A stretch of DNA of 64,000 nucleotides from Bacteroides sp. (GTDB lineage: Bacteria; Bacteroidota; Bacteroidia; Bacteroidales; Muribaculaceae): assembly GCA_014802265.1 (NCBI GenBank), contig JAAVCP010000064.1:1265-65264 (forward strand), written 5' to 3'. Position numbers and translations under genes: made by a program. Each line of letters opens with the position of its first letter. The stretch's first letter is position 1. This document shows, in pieces, positions 1 through 8,295 of the stretch. The notes below the pieces were generated by a model. The model had not been told where the DNA came from, made no database searches, and saw only the letters and a list, made by a program, of their open reading frames with translations.

Positions 1-54
1 ATCACACGTAACTCCCCTGAGCGAAACAACTACTTGATAGCTGAAGAATTTTAA
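1..54 (+). CDS. 3' end of a gene truncated by the window edge, probably a glycosyltransferase family 2 protein
   Basis: Frame 1 reads ITRNSPERNNYLIAEEF-stop(52-54). This resembles the C-terminus of Bacteroidales GT2 proteins that I recall preceding DUF6452/DUF6048 genes. Confidence 0.5.
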   Translation: MTRNSPERNNYLIAEEF

Positions 55-55
55 G

Positions 56-598
56 ATGAGTCATATCCTCAACATACATAAGCTTACGCGTTCTGCCGGT
101 GCCGTCGTAATGACGGGGCTGACTTTGCTTGCGTCATGCTCTTCCGGCGAATGCCTTGACAACAAAAATTCCCTCCCCCTTGCCGGTTTTTACACCTCGG
201 AAACAACGCCACAGAAAATTACCCTTGACTCAATTTCAATCTATGGCATAGGTGCCCCCGGCGACAGTGTGCTGCACGACTCTGTGAGAAATCTCTCCCA
301 GTCTTATCTCCCTTTCCGTATTGATCAGGGACAGACTAAATATGTTATCCAATATCTTAGCGGCATGCTGGGGCGTTACCATATTGCCGATACTATAACA
401 TTCAACTATGATATTGTGCCTTGGTTTGTTTCGGCAGCCTGTGGGGCTGTATATTATTATGATATGACCTCAATTGAGACCACCCACAACATAATCGACT
501 CCGTGACATGCCCTTTAGGCACCATTGACAATAGCGACATAGAGAATCTGAAAATCTATTTCAGGGTCAACACCTCCGAGGAGGGAGAAGAAGAATGA
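56..598 (+). CDS. Lipoprotein, DUF6452-like
   Basis: Lipobox LLASC; DTITFNY...WFVSAACG motif; overlaps the next gene (ATGA). Confidence 0.7.
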   Translation: MSHILNIHKLTRSAGAVVMTGLTLLASCSSGECLDNKNSLPLAGFYTSETTPQKITLDSISIYGIGAPGDSVLHDSVRNLSQSYLPFRIDQGQTKYVIQYLSGMLGRYHIADTITFNYDIVPWFVSAACGAVYYYDMTSIETTHNIIDSVTCPLGTIDNSDIENLKIYFRVNTSEEGEEE

Positions 599-1503
599 TT
601 AAGTTACCAATCCTTTCTATACTCATAACTCTTGTGGTATGTCTGTCGGCAGCACTCCCAACATTCGGTCAAAAGAAAATCACCCCTGTCGACACCGACC
701 CCACTAAGCCACGTCAGCCGGTGCTTCATTATTATGACAAGCATGGCAACCCACTTGAAGAGCCGGTGCTTTTTCTTGCCGACCTTGACACGGTAAAATC
801 AGCGTCACCTAAGCCCGTCTACCCTCTGCTATATTCTGCAAGCATCGGATTTAACTTTTTTGATGGGATCATGAAGCTTGCCGGACAAAAACACGCCAGC
901 TTCGATGTCTGGGCTTCTGTGTCGCTTCACAATTGGTTTGAGCCGGTGGTGGAACTTGGAATCGGATATGCCGACAATAAACCTGAAGACGGCAATTTCC
1001 ACTATAAAGGGAAACCATCGTTTTACGGCAAACTCGGTATAAACTATAATTTCCTCTATAAGAGTAATCCGGATTATCAGGCATATTTCGGACTGCGTGG
1101 CGGCTTCTCCTCTTTCCGTTACGACATCACCGACATTACCATAAATTCTTCCTATTGGGGGCAGAGCAACAATTTCTCAATTCTCAACCAGAAAGCACAT
1201 GCACTCTATGGAGAAGTATTGGGAGGAATTAAGGTTAATCTATGGAAAGGTATTTCAATGGGGTGGAATCTGCGTTACCGCTTTAAGTTTAAGTCAACCA
1301 ACGGCTCTAACTCCACCCCCTGGTTTATTCCGGGCTATGGTACCACCTCTCCCCTCTCAGCCTCTTTCTCAATCATCTACACCATGCCCTTTGATAAGAT
1401 CATCAAGCGTAAGAAACCTCTCCCCGAAGATATGTCTCATCCGGAAGACTTAAATGTCCCGGAGGATTTACCAACCCGACCACAGCCAGACCAGCTAAAG
1501 TAG
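595..1503 (+). CDS. Outer-membrane beta-barrel-like protein, DUF6048-like
   Basis: Signal peptide, alternating aromatic beta-strands, C-terminal PWFIPGYG motif; coupled to the upstream lipoprotein. Confidence 0.7.
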   Translation: MIKLPILSILITLVVCLSAALPTFGQKKITPVDTDPTKPRQPVLHYYDKHGNPLEEPVLFLADLDTVKSASPKPVYPLLYSASIGFNFFDGIMKLAGQKHASFDVWASVSLHNWFEPVVELGIGYADNKPEDGNFHYKGKPSFYGKLGINYNFLYKSNPDYQAYFGLRGGFSSFRYDITDITINSSYWGQSNNFSILNQKAHALYGEVLGGIKVNLWKGISMGWNLRYRFKFKSTNGSNSTPWFIPGYGTTSPLSASFSIIYTMPFDKIIKRKKPLPEDMSHPEDLNVPEDLPTRPQPDQLK

Positions 1504-1558
1504 CTTCCAAGATAATTAAAGCGAGTCTTTTCAGAACTCGCTTTAATTATCTCAGAAT
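1497..1558. repeat. Direct repeat copy 1 (62 bp) containing an intrinsic-terminator hairpin; left boundary of the decayed defence islet
   Basis: aaagtagcttccaagataattaaagcgagtcttttcagaactcgctttaattatctcagaat matches 3303-3366 except for 2 substitutions and 2 single-base indels. Confidence 0.9.
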
Positions 1559-1735
1559 ACTTTTTAATTATTAGTATCAGCTTAAAAATTTTTAGCGGAC
1601 TGCAGTAATTTTGTATAGGTCTTTTATAGCAGCAATTTCGGGAGGTGTAGATTTAGATCTGCCCCCATAGATTATACCGCTTTCAACATCGTTAGAATAT
1701 CGACACCGACGCAGTTCTTCGTCAGCCGAGCTATT

Positions 1736-2009
1736 CCAGTCAGCAAAAATCCGCATTTCTTCAAAAGTATGCCCTTAAAACCTCAACCAATATTTTGCTG
1801 TGGAACGGCTACAATAACTTTCTTCATGCCTTGATTTGCCGATTATCAAGAGCGACAACCATCATGACACGGCTCTTACCCGAAGCAGACGGACAATATC
1901 GGGACAGCATTAAGCATAAACCATAGCCTGCATTTCACGCATACCGAGTTCATCGGTATTGCTTGACCTGCCCAGTTTGAGTATATTGTACTTCTACGAG
2001 ATTAGTCAT
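1736..2009 (-). pseudogene. Frameshifted N-terminal remnant of a YeeB-like DEAD/DEAH (SF2) helicase
   Basis: Minus-strand translation across frameshifts and stops gives MTNLVEVQYTQTG..SNTDELGMREMQA..PSASGKSR..ALD..QGMKKVIVAVP..GFFADW. This includes the Walker A and GMREMQ motifs I associate with YeeB-type helicases. The ATG at 2009 overlaps the upstream gene's end. Confidence 0.7.
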
Positions 2010-2181
2010 TACAAATTATTTTTTCTGCACATTCGGCACTTATAATAATCGGGTTACCCTCACTATCGCTTGTTACTATCGGCTGACCTAATTTTTTCTT
2101 TAACTCAAGCATTTTCTTGAATGATTCCTTAAGAGCTTTATCCAAGATATGCCGCTGGTTCAATTTATCTTCGTCTGACAT
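2002..2181 (-). CDS. Small (59 aa) partner protein of the zeta-like ATPase, putative antitoxin
   Basis: Internal ATG at 2181 (MSDEDKLNQ...GQPIVTSDSEGNPIII) overlaps the ATPase 3' end; this is the typical small gene paired with these ATPases. Confidence 0.6.
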   Translation of the reverse strand: MSDEDKLNQRHILDKALKESFKKMLELKKKLGQPIVTSDSEGNPIIISAECAEKIICND

Positions 2182-2728
2182 AATATTCTTTGATTTTATT
2201 AAATAACACTTCATCAATAATACTTTCACTATCTGCAATTAATCTGGTTTGAAGATTATTGTCATAAAGTGTCCAATAATCAACAATTGGCATAAATATT
2301 TCGAATAGATTTTTTAGTCCCAAGTAAAACCGTTTATGAATAGTTTCAACTGGTATGTCATGACCACCTTCAGTCACACGTTTTTCTACTCGCTGACAAG
2401 CTATAGCTGGTGATTGTAGCCAAAAGAATAGTAATTGCACTATATATCCTTTTCCCTGAGCCTGTTTCACCAAATTTTGATAACTCCGAGTTGCAAGAGT
2501 AGTCTCAATGGCGAAAGAAACACCTTCGTTGAGTAGTTTATCAATCCTTTGAAGCATCAGTTTGCCTGCTTGAATAGCAACCGTTTCCGGAGCAAATGGA
2601 GAGAGTCCTTTTGCAATTTCATCCGCATTCACAAATTCTTTACAGGCAAGAATTTGTGGAAGAACATTAAAAGAGGCAGTCGTTTTTCCTGCTCCATTAC
2701 ATCCTGCTATAATATATAGGTTTGGCAT
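2165..2728 (-). CDS. Zeta-toxin-like / AAA family P-loop ATPase
   Basis: IIAGCNGAGKTT Walker A, FVNADEIA, FAIETTLA and RVTEGGHDIP motifs. Confidence 0.85.
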   Translation of the reverse strand: MPNLYIIAGCNGAGKTTASFNVLPQILACKEFVNADEIAKGLSPFAPETVAIQAGKLMLQRIDKLLNEGVSFAIETTLATRSYQNLVKQAQGKGYIVQLLFFWLQSPAIACQRVEKRVTEGGHDIPVETIHKRFYLGLKNLFEIFMPIVDYWTLYDNNLQTRLIADSESIIDEVLFNKIKEYYVRRR

Positions 2729-2771
2729 AGAGTATATGAGTGTGAAAACACTGAATTTTGATAACCTGTAA

Positions 2772-3090
2772 TTATATCGGTTTAATTACTGATTCGATGA
2801 AAGCAATCTCAGAGCCATCGAGATTATATTTATTATAAAGTTGTGTATCATTATCTTTCATAGACTTGCTCCAGTCAATGTCACTGTTAATGCCTCGTAT
2901 TGCCTGGATAGTTATTTGATCTTTATACTGATAACCCACACCACGCTCGGAGTAATCATCGGTCACCCAAAAGATATTTACTTGTATATCCTCCTTACTC
3001 AAAGTATGATCCTTAAGCAAGATATTAAGTAGTTCGGGCGAAAGCTCGAATATATCTCTCTTTTATGTCAACTTGTATATCAGCCATCAT
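2772..3090 (-). pseudogene. Chimeric restriction-modification remnant: N-terminus of a 'restriction endonuclease subunit M'-type gene fused to the C-terminus of an Eco57I-like methyltransferase
   Basis: From ATG 3090 (one frameshift) it reads MMADIQVDIKE..IFELSPELLNILLKDHTL..NIFWVTDDY..GYQY..ITIQAIRG. It then runs directly into SDIDWSKS..DTQLYNKYNLDGSEIAFIESVIKPI, the characteristic Eco57I-type C-terminus. Family recalled, not searched. Confidence 0.6.
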
Positions 3091-3230
3091 AATAAAGAGG
3101 AACCCTAAACATCATCTGAAGACTGACCAAAGCCTGTAACGACTACAAGGAGTATTCTCAAAGTTTTTTCAGCTCTCGCCGTATGTCTTTGTATTTACTG
3201 ATTGGTCATTTTCAGAGAAGCGTTACTTTA
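3091..3230 (-). ncRNA. Candidate structured 5' leader C (short member of the putative leader family)
   Basis: Transcript helix tctgaa-AA-tgaccaa (3216-3202) pairs with ttggtca-GTC-ttcaga (3130-3115); lies downstream of a TAACTTTG promoter element (3243-3236). Confidence 0.5.
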
Positions 3231-3302
3231 TAACGCAAAGTTACAAAAAAATATGATATATCCCCCTCTCTATGTCAGATTTTTATCAACTAATTGATTA
3301 GC

Positions 3303-3366
3303 AAAGTAGCTGCCAAGATAATCTAAAGCGAGTCTTTTCAGAACTCGCTTTAGATTATCTCAAAAT
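3303..3366. repeat. Direct repeat copy 2 (64 bp) with terminator hairpin; right boundary of the islet and likely terminator of the aldo/keto reductase gene
   Basis: Near-identical to 1497-1558, with an extra C in the left arm and an extra G in the right arm that base-pair. Confidence 0.9.
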
Positions 3367-3391
3367 GTTTTTCTTTAAAGGTGGCTTTATC

Positions 3392-4360
3392 TTATCTGAC
3401 AATTGAGTTGCCCAGAATAGAGTCAATCTCGTTAAGTTCGTCATGAGTAAATGGCTTGGAGTCGGCAGCAGCCACGTTATCATCAAGTTGCCGGATTGAG
3501 CTGACACCGGCTATTACAGAAGTGACATATTCCTTTGCCAATACCCATGCCAACGACATCTCTGCCAATGACTGACCGCGTGAGGCGGCAACCTCGTTAA
3601 GACGGCGGGCTTTCTCAACCCACTCCTCTGTGATATCCTCTTTATGGAGAAATGCCCCCTCTTTATAAACTCTGGAATCAGCCGGGATACCGTTTATATA
3701 ACGGTTGGTAAGCAGTCCCTGTGCCAAGGGGGAGAATGCGATGAAACCTACCCCCTTATCACGTAAAAAGTTGAAATGCTCAGCCTCAGGCTTACGGCAT
3801 ATCATGTTATAGCGGTCTTGGTAAATAAGGCAATGCACATGTTGTTCTGCCATCATGTCACATGCCTGTGAAGCCAAGTGAGCAGGATATTTCGACAGAC
3901 CAACATAAAGAGCTTTTCCTTGCTTCACAATGTCAATAAGAGCCTGTACGGTCTCCTCGAGCGGCACTTCCGGGCAGTAACGGTGGCTATAAAAAATATC
4001 AAAATACTCCAAGCCTGTACGCTTAAGGCTCTGATGCAGACTGGCAAACGTATTTTTACGAGAAGTTTGATCTCCATACGGACCGCTCCACATATAGTGA
4101 CCTGCCTTTGATGACACAATCAGCTCGTCCCTATGACTTTTCAACTCACGAGCCATCATTCTGCCGAAGTTCTCTTCGGCACTTCCTGCCGGTGGACCGT
4201 AATTATTGGCGAGGTCAATATGGGTGATACCCTTGTCAAACGCATGGAGCACTATCTCTTCCTGGGTGGAAAACGGAGTGGCATTACCAAAGTTATGCCA
4301 AAGACCCAAAGACACCACCGGAAGCTGTAAACCGCTCTTTCCGCAATATCTGTATTCCAT
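3392..4360 (-). CDS. Aldo/keto reductase (L-glyceraldehyde-3-phosphate reductase, YghZ/Gpr-like)
   Basis: SLGLWHNFG, DLANNYGPPAGSAEENFG, SSKAG, DIFYSHR and FSPLAQGLLT motifs. Confidence 0.9.
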   Translation of the reverse strand: MEYRYCGKSGLQLPVVSLGLWHNFGNATPFSTQEEIVLHAFDKGITHIDLANNYGPPAGSAEENFGRMMARELKSHRDELIVSSKAGHYMWSGPYGDQTSRKNTFASLHQSLKRTGLEYFDIFYSHRYCPEVPLEETVQALIDIVKQGKALYVGLSKYPAHLASQACDMMAEQHVHCLIYQDRYNMICRKPEAEHFNFLRDKGVGFIAFSPLAQGLLTNRYINGIPADSRVYKEGAFLHKEDITEEWVEKARRLNEVAASRGQSLAEMSLAWVLAKEYVTSVIAGVSSIRQLDDNVAAADSKPFTHDELNEIDSILGNSIVR

Positions 4361-4380
4361 ATACTTTAATTTTAAAGTTA

Positions 4381-4549
4381 ATTTAAATTGCGCAAGTTCA
4401 ACTTGCTGATTTCAGATTAAAAATTTAGCTATATGAGCCGGTTCGTCAAAATGATTGATCACAGTATCGTATACTTCTTTATCCAGCAGACAGAAGACTC
4501 CCGCTATTGCCGTGACAAATTCCTGAATGACTCCCCATAGTCTGTTTAC
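4381..4549 (-). mobile_element. Putative insertion-sequence 3'-end remnant (transposase C-terminus plus terminal sequence)
   Basis: Minus strand reads RLWGVIQEFVTAIAGVFCLLDKEVYDTVINHFDEPAHIAKF(fs)NLKSAS-stop, followed immediately by acttgcgcaatttaaat. From recall, this resembles Bacteroidales IS4-like transposase ends and their terminal repeat. Confidence 0.45.
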
Positions 4550-4559
4550 AATTCAGATG

Positions 4560-4567
4560 CAAAGATA
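4560..4567 (-). promoter_or_regulatory. Bacteroidetes sigma-70 -7 element (TATCTTTG) upstream of the aldo/keto reductase
   Basis: Matches the TAnnTTTG consensus, in the right orientation, with AT-rich upstream sequence. Confidence 0.55.
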
Positions 4568-4806
4568 ATGTTTTATTTCCTTTCCCTTAATCAATAACCC
4601 TCACAAAAATAGAAATTTATTTTCATTCTACTCAAATAATCCCATAAATTATTAGAGTAAGCATAAATATCCGAATACATTAGGCAATCAAAAATTTTTG
4701 GTTGCCTAAACTAACAATGCATCTTGCGGAAGCAACTTTTTAACTTCTCCAATGTTTCTATTCCATAGGCGGCAATGTCGCAGCCTTGTTAAAACTCTTA
4801 TACACT

Positions 4807-5649
4807 ATGAATATTTCAAGGAATTGCCGGAGAACTTCTATTCTCTCAAAATGCCGCCATTCTATTATGGTTATCGCAGCTGCCTCAATGCTCTGCCTCC
4901 CAAGTTGCTCCACTTCAAGTCTTAATATGAATACTTTAATGGGCAGTGCATCAAAAGCAATTCAGGCAGCTACCATATCTGATTCACAGATTCAAAACTA
5001 TGTGCATGAGTATGTAACCTATTCCGACAAGCAAAACAAAGTGGCACCCGCTGATAACGCCTACTCAAAACGTCTTGCGAAACTTACCCAGGGATTAACT
5101 TCGGTTGATGGCGTACCACTTAATTTCAAAGTCTACCTAACTAATGAGGTCAATGCATTTGCATGTGCCGATGGCAGCGTAAGGGTATATTCCGGCTTAA
5201 TGGACCGCATGACTGATGACGAAGTGCTGGGAGTGATCGGTCATGAGATTGGACATGTCGCACATAAGGACACTAAAAATGCATTTAAACAGGCTCTTCT
5301 TACATCAGCCCTTTTTGACGGGGTTGCCTCTACCGGTAATACTGCCGCACTCCTTACGCAAGGGCAACTCGGGCAATTGGGGCAATCTTTAATCAGCTCA
5401 AAATATTCACGCAAACAGGAAAGCAATGCCGACGACTATGGCTACGACTTCCTTAAGGCAAACGGCAAAAACCCATGGTCTATGGCAATGGCGTTCACAA
5501 AACTCGGTCAACTTGAAGGCTCCTCTCAATCAAACGGAATGTCACAGATGTTCTCCTCTCACCCCTCTACACCCGACCGTATCAAGCACATGGTAGCCCG
5601 CTGCAAAAAAGACAACATAGCCCCTCCCGCCGGTTGCAATATTAAGTAA
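4807..5649 (+). CDS. M48 family zinc metallopeptidase lipoprotein (LoiP/YggG-like)
   Basis: VNAFA, HEIGH (HExxH), YSRKQESNAD and SSHP motifs; lipobox LPSC. The start is uncertain (ORF track begins at TTG 4786). Confidence 0.9.
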   Translation: MNISRNCRRTSILSKCRHSIMVIAAASMLCLPSCSTSSLNMNTLMGSASKAIQAATISDSQIQNYVHEYVTYSDKQNKVAPADNAYSKRLAKLTQGLTSVDGVPLNFKVYLTNEVNAFACADGSVRVYSGLMDRMTDDEVLGVIGHEIGHVAHKDTKNAFKQALLTSALFDGVASTGNTAALLTQGQLGQLGQSLISSKYSRKQESNADDYGYDFLKANGKNPWSMAMAFTKLGQLEGSSQSNGMSQMFSSHPSTPDRIKHMVARCKKDNIAPPAGCNIK

Positions 5650-5758
5650 GAATTAGAATTAGTTTGATAAATTTTCTCATATTATTGGCTTTTTTTGGAA
5701 AATTCAGTGAAATAAAGTAAATTTGTAGTCAGAAAGTCCCTAAAAAAGATAAAATGCT

Positions 5759-6226
5759 ATGAGCAAGATAGATTTGGTCAAACTGCGGAAAAGAGCCGGA
5801 ATGAGTCAGCGTGACTTGGCTGACTTGCTTCAGGTGCGTCCCAGTTTTCTCTCTGCAATTGAAAACGGCAAAAGCCGGCTTCCTGAAGAAAAGCTGGAAA
5901 AAATAAAGGAAATCTTCGAACTTGACTCCCTTGACGATTATATAATTGAGGAGGCATCTGAAATGACAGTGCCTCCACATACTCATATTGCCGACCAAAG
6001 TGATTCACTCACCCAATTGCTGAATCACTTTCATGAGCTTGCTCACCAGCGTGACAAATCACACTCCGCACATGACTCCGAAACCCTGGACCGCCTTAAT
6101 TTCCTGACAAGGCGCAACGACCGTCTCTCTGAGCGTGTAGACGACCTCAGGGAGGAAGTTGACCGGCTGCGTGAAGAAAATATAAAGCTGAAAGAGCTCC
6201 TGATCAAACACGGACTGGAATATTAA
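5759..6226 (+). CDS. XRE-family HTH regulator with His-rich linker and C-terminal coiled coil
   Basis: LRKRAGMSQRDLADLL..SAIENGK HTH_3 motif; heptad leucines near the C-terminus. Confidence 0.85.
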   Translation: MSKIDLVKLRKRAGMSQRDLADLLQVRPSFLSAIENGKSRLPEEKLEKIKEIFELDSLDDYIIEEASEMTVPPHTHIADQSDSLTQLLNHFHELAHQRDKSHSAHDSETLDRLNFLTRRNDRLSERVDDLREEVDRLREENIKLKELLIKHGLEY

Positions 6227-6236
6227 GCCATGTAGC

Positions 6237-6833
6237 TCATCTGCGGCGTATGATGATTATATATTCCTCTTTGTCTGCCGCTACTACGTCCGTGCGAAAG
6301 CCCCACCTCTCTATCATCTGTGCCAAAACTCTTGCAGGGGGTAAATGATCGCTCTCTGATTTTCTTTCATGATGAATATTGTTGATAAATTCCTCGTCAG
6401 ACGGGAATGCCACTACAATAATACCCTCCTGAGACATATTCATCTTGAAAAGCCATTCAAACGTGTCGGCAGGTGAATGGAGATGAGGATAGACGGAATA
6501 TAGCATCACAACATCATAAACTCCGGGAATCTGCTCCTCCTCAAAATCAATCTTAAGAAACTCGACATTCTTGAGACTGCCATATTTTTCGATTGCCCTC
6601 GACAACATCCCTTCGGAAAGATCTATGGCGGTTACATGTCCGTCAGGCCCAACTATTTCACTAAGATAGGGTACAAGCACTCCGGTGCCCGTGCCAAGGT
6701 CAAGCACATTCATACCCTCCCTTATGGGCAGTTTTGATAATATTGACCTTATCCTTTCCGGAGTCGAGCGAACTTCATTCGCGTCCCATACAGGGGCAAG
6801 TTTATCAAAGAAGTCGATTTCTGATTGAGTCAT
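6237..6833 (-). CDS. Class I SAM-dependent methyltransferase
   Basis: VLDLGTGTG motif I, IDLSEGML, YSVYPH. Confidence 0.9.
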   Translation of the reverse strand: MTQSEIDFFDKLAPVWDANEVRSTPERIRSILSKLPIREGMNVLDLGTGTGVLVPYLSEIVGPDGHVTAIDLSEGMLSRAIEKYGSLKNVEFLKIDFEEEQIPGVYDVVMLYSVYPHLHSPADTFEWLFKMNMSQEGIIVVAFPSDEEFINNIHHERKSESDHLPPARVLAQMIERWGFRTDVVAADKEEYIIIIRRR

Positions 6834-6942
6834 ATCTCTATATATAGTTATTTTAGTTATTCAGGCTACAAAGTTAACTGAATTATACTTAATTGTCAAA
6901 TTATTTTGTTAACTTTGTTGCCACACTTAAATTAACCATAAA

Positions 6943-8295
6943 ATGAAGGCGCGTCTTTCCCTACTTTATTTTCTACAGTTCAGCGTATGGGGTTGTTATC
7001 TCACCTGTTTCGGGCAATTTTTAGGAGCCGGCGGACTTGGCGGTGACATTGCATGGTTTTATGCCGCAATCGGACTTGTTTCGATTCTCACCCCTTCCCT
7101 ATTGGGACGCCTTGCCGACCAAACCGGGCGACCTGAGTTATTATTAGGCACATGTCATCTGGCAGCTGCAGTTGTAATGTTTGCCATGTGGCAGTATGGT
7201 ATGACCCATCCACAATTGGAGTTCAAAATATTCTATCCACTATATCTCCTGTTTCTGTCGCTGTATATGCCGACGATGGCTCTTGCTAATACCTCAACAT
7301 TTGGTCTTCTTACACAAGCCGGGCATAACACCGTTACATCTTTCCCTACTGTCAGAGTATGGGGGACAGTTGGGTTTGTGGCAGCGATGTGGTTTGTAAA
7401 CTCCGCCTACTGGCACAACGGCTCTTTAGGCTTTACCCTCAGCGACAACATGGACACCGGCAGATTAAGATTTCAATATAATGCGATGCAACTTCTGTGT
7501 AGCGGCGTTATGGGACTTGTCACCTCCATTTATGCTTTCTCCCTGCCAAGGGTAGGTGCTAAAATATCAAAGGCAAAATCGCCGGCTGCCAAAGTTTCCT
7601 TGGCAGCTTCTCTCAAAGCCATGTTTGGCAAGCGTGAGATTGCGGTATTCCTCATATTTGTGATATTCAGCGGGGTTTGCCTTCAGATATCAAATGGTTT
7701 CGCCACCCCTTTTATAACCCATTTCTCAGGTATTAAGGAATTTACCGACTCATTGGCTTCCGGGAATGCCACCATGCTGTTTTCATTGTCTCAGATTTCT
7801 GAGGCAGCCTGCATACTGTTGGTGGGCATCTCCCTCAAATGGAAAGGTATTCGTTGGGTGTATGCCATAGGACTTCTGGCATGGTCATTACGCTTTCTGA
7901 TGCTTGGCACCGGAGACCCCGCTGCCGGTCTTTGGCTTCTCATAGGGTCAATGCTCGTCTACGGATTAGCGTTTAATTTTATCACCATAGCCGGACACCT
8001 GTATATTCAACAGGTTGCACCGGCAGGCATGAAAGGCTTTGCCCAAGGTTTGATGATGTTTATGAGCAATGGTGTCGGAGCTACCTTCGGCACCATTGCA
8101 GCCGGGGCAATTGTCAACAAATGGTGTCAGTGGCAGACGGTTACACTTCCAGGCTCTGACACACCGATGCGTCTGTTTATGGGAAACTGGGAAGTGCCCT
8201 GGCTGATTTTTGCAGCCTATGCATTTGTCGTAATGCTCGCATGGCTAGTTTTCTTTAGACAAGACTCACATTCCACTTCACATATCCAAGGTTAA
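6943..8295 (+). CDS. MFS nucleoside:H+ symporter (NupG/XapB-like)
   Basis: FLQFSVWG, YMPTMALAN, FPTVRVWGTVGF and SLSQISE motifs; about 12 TM segments. Confidence 0.85.
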   Translation: MKARLSLLYFLQFSVWGCYLTCFGQFLGAGGLGGDIAWFYAAIGLVSILTPSLLGRLADQTGRPELLLGTCHLAAAVVMFAMWQYGMTHPQLEFKIFYPLYLLFLSLYMPTMALANTSTFGLLTQAGHNTVTSFPTVRVWGTVGFVAAMWFVNSAYWHNGSLGFTLSDNMDTGRLRFQYNAMQLLCSGVMGLVTSIYAFSLPRVGAKISKAKSPAAKVSLAASLKAMFGKREIAVFLIFVIFSGVCLQISNGFATPFITHFSGIKEFTDSLASGNATMLFSLSQISEAACILLVGISLKWKGIRWVYAIGLLAWSLRFLMLGTGDPAAGLWLLIGSMLVYGLAFNFITIAGHLYIQQVAPAGMKGFAQGLMMFMSNGVGATFGTIAAGAIVNKWCQWQTVTLPGSDTPMRLFMGNWEVPWLIFAAYAFVVMLAWLVFFRQDSHSTSHIQG

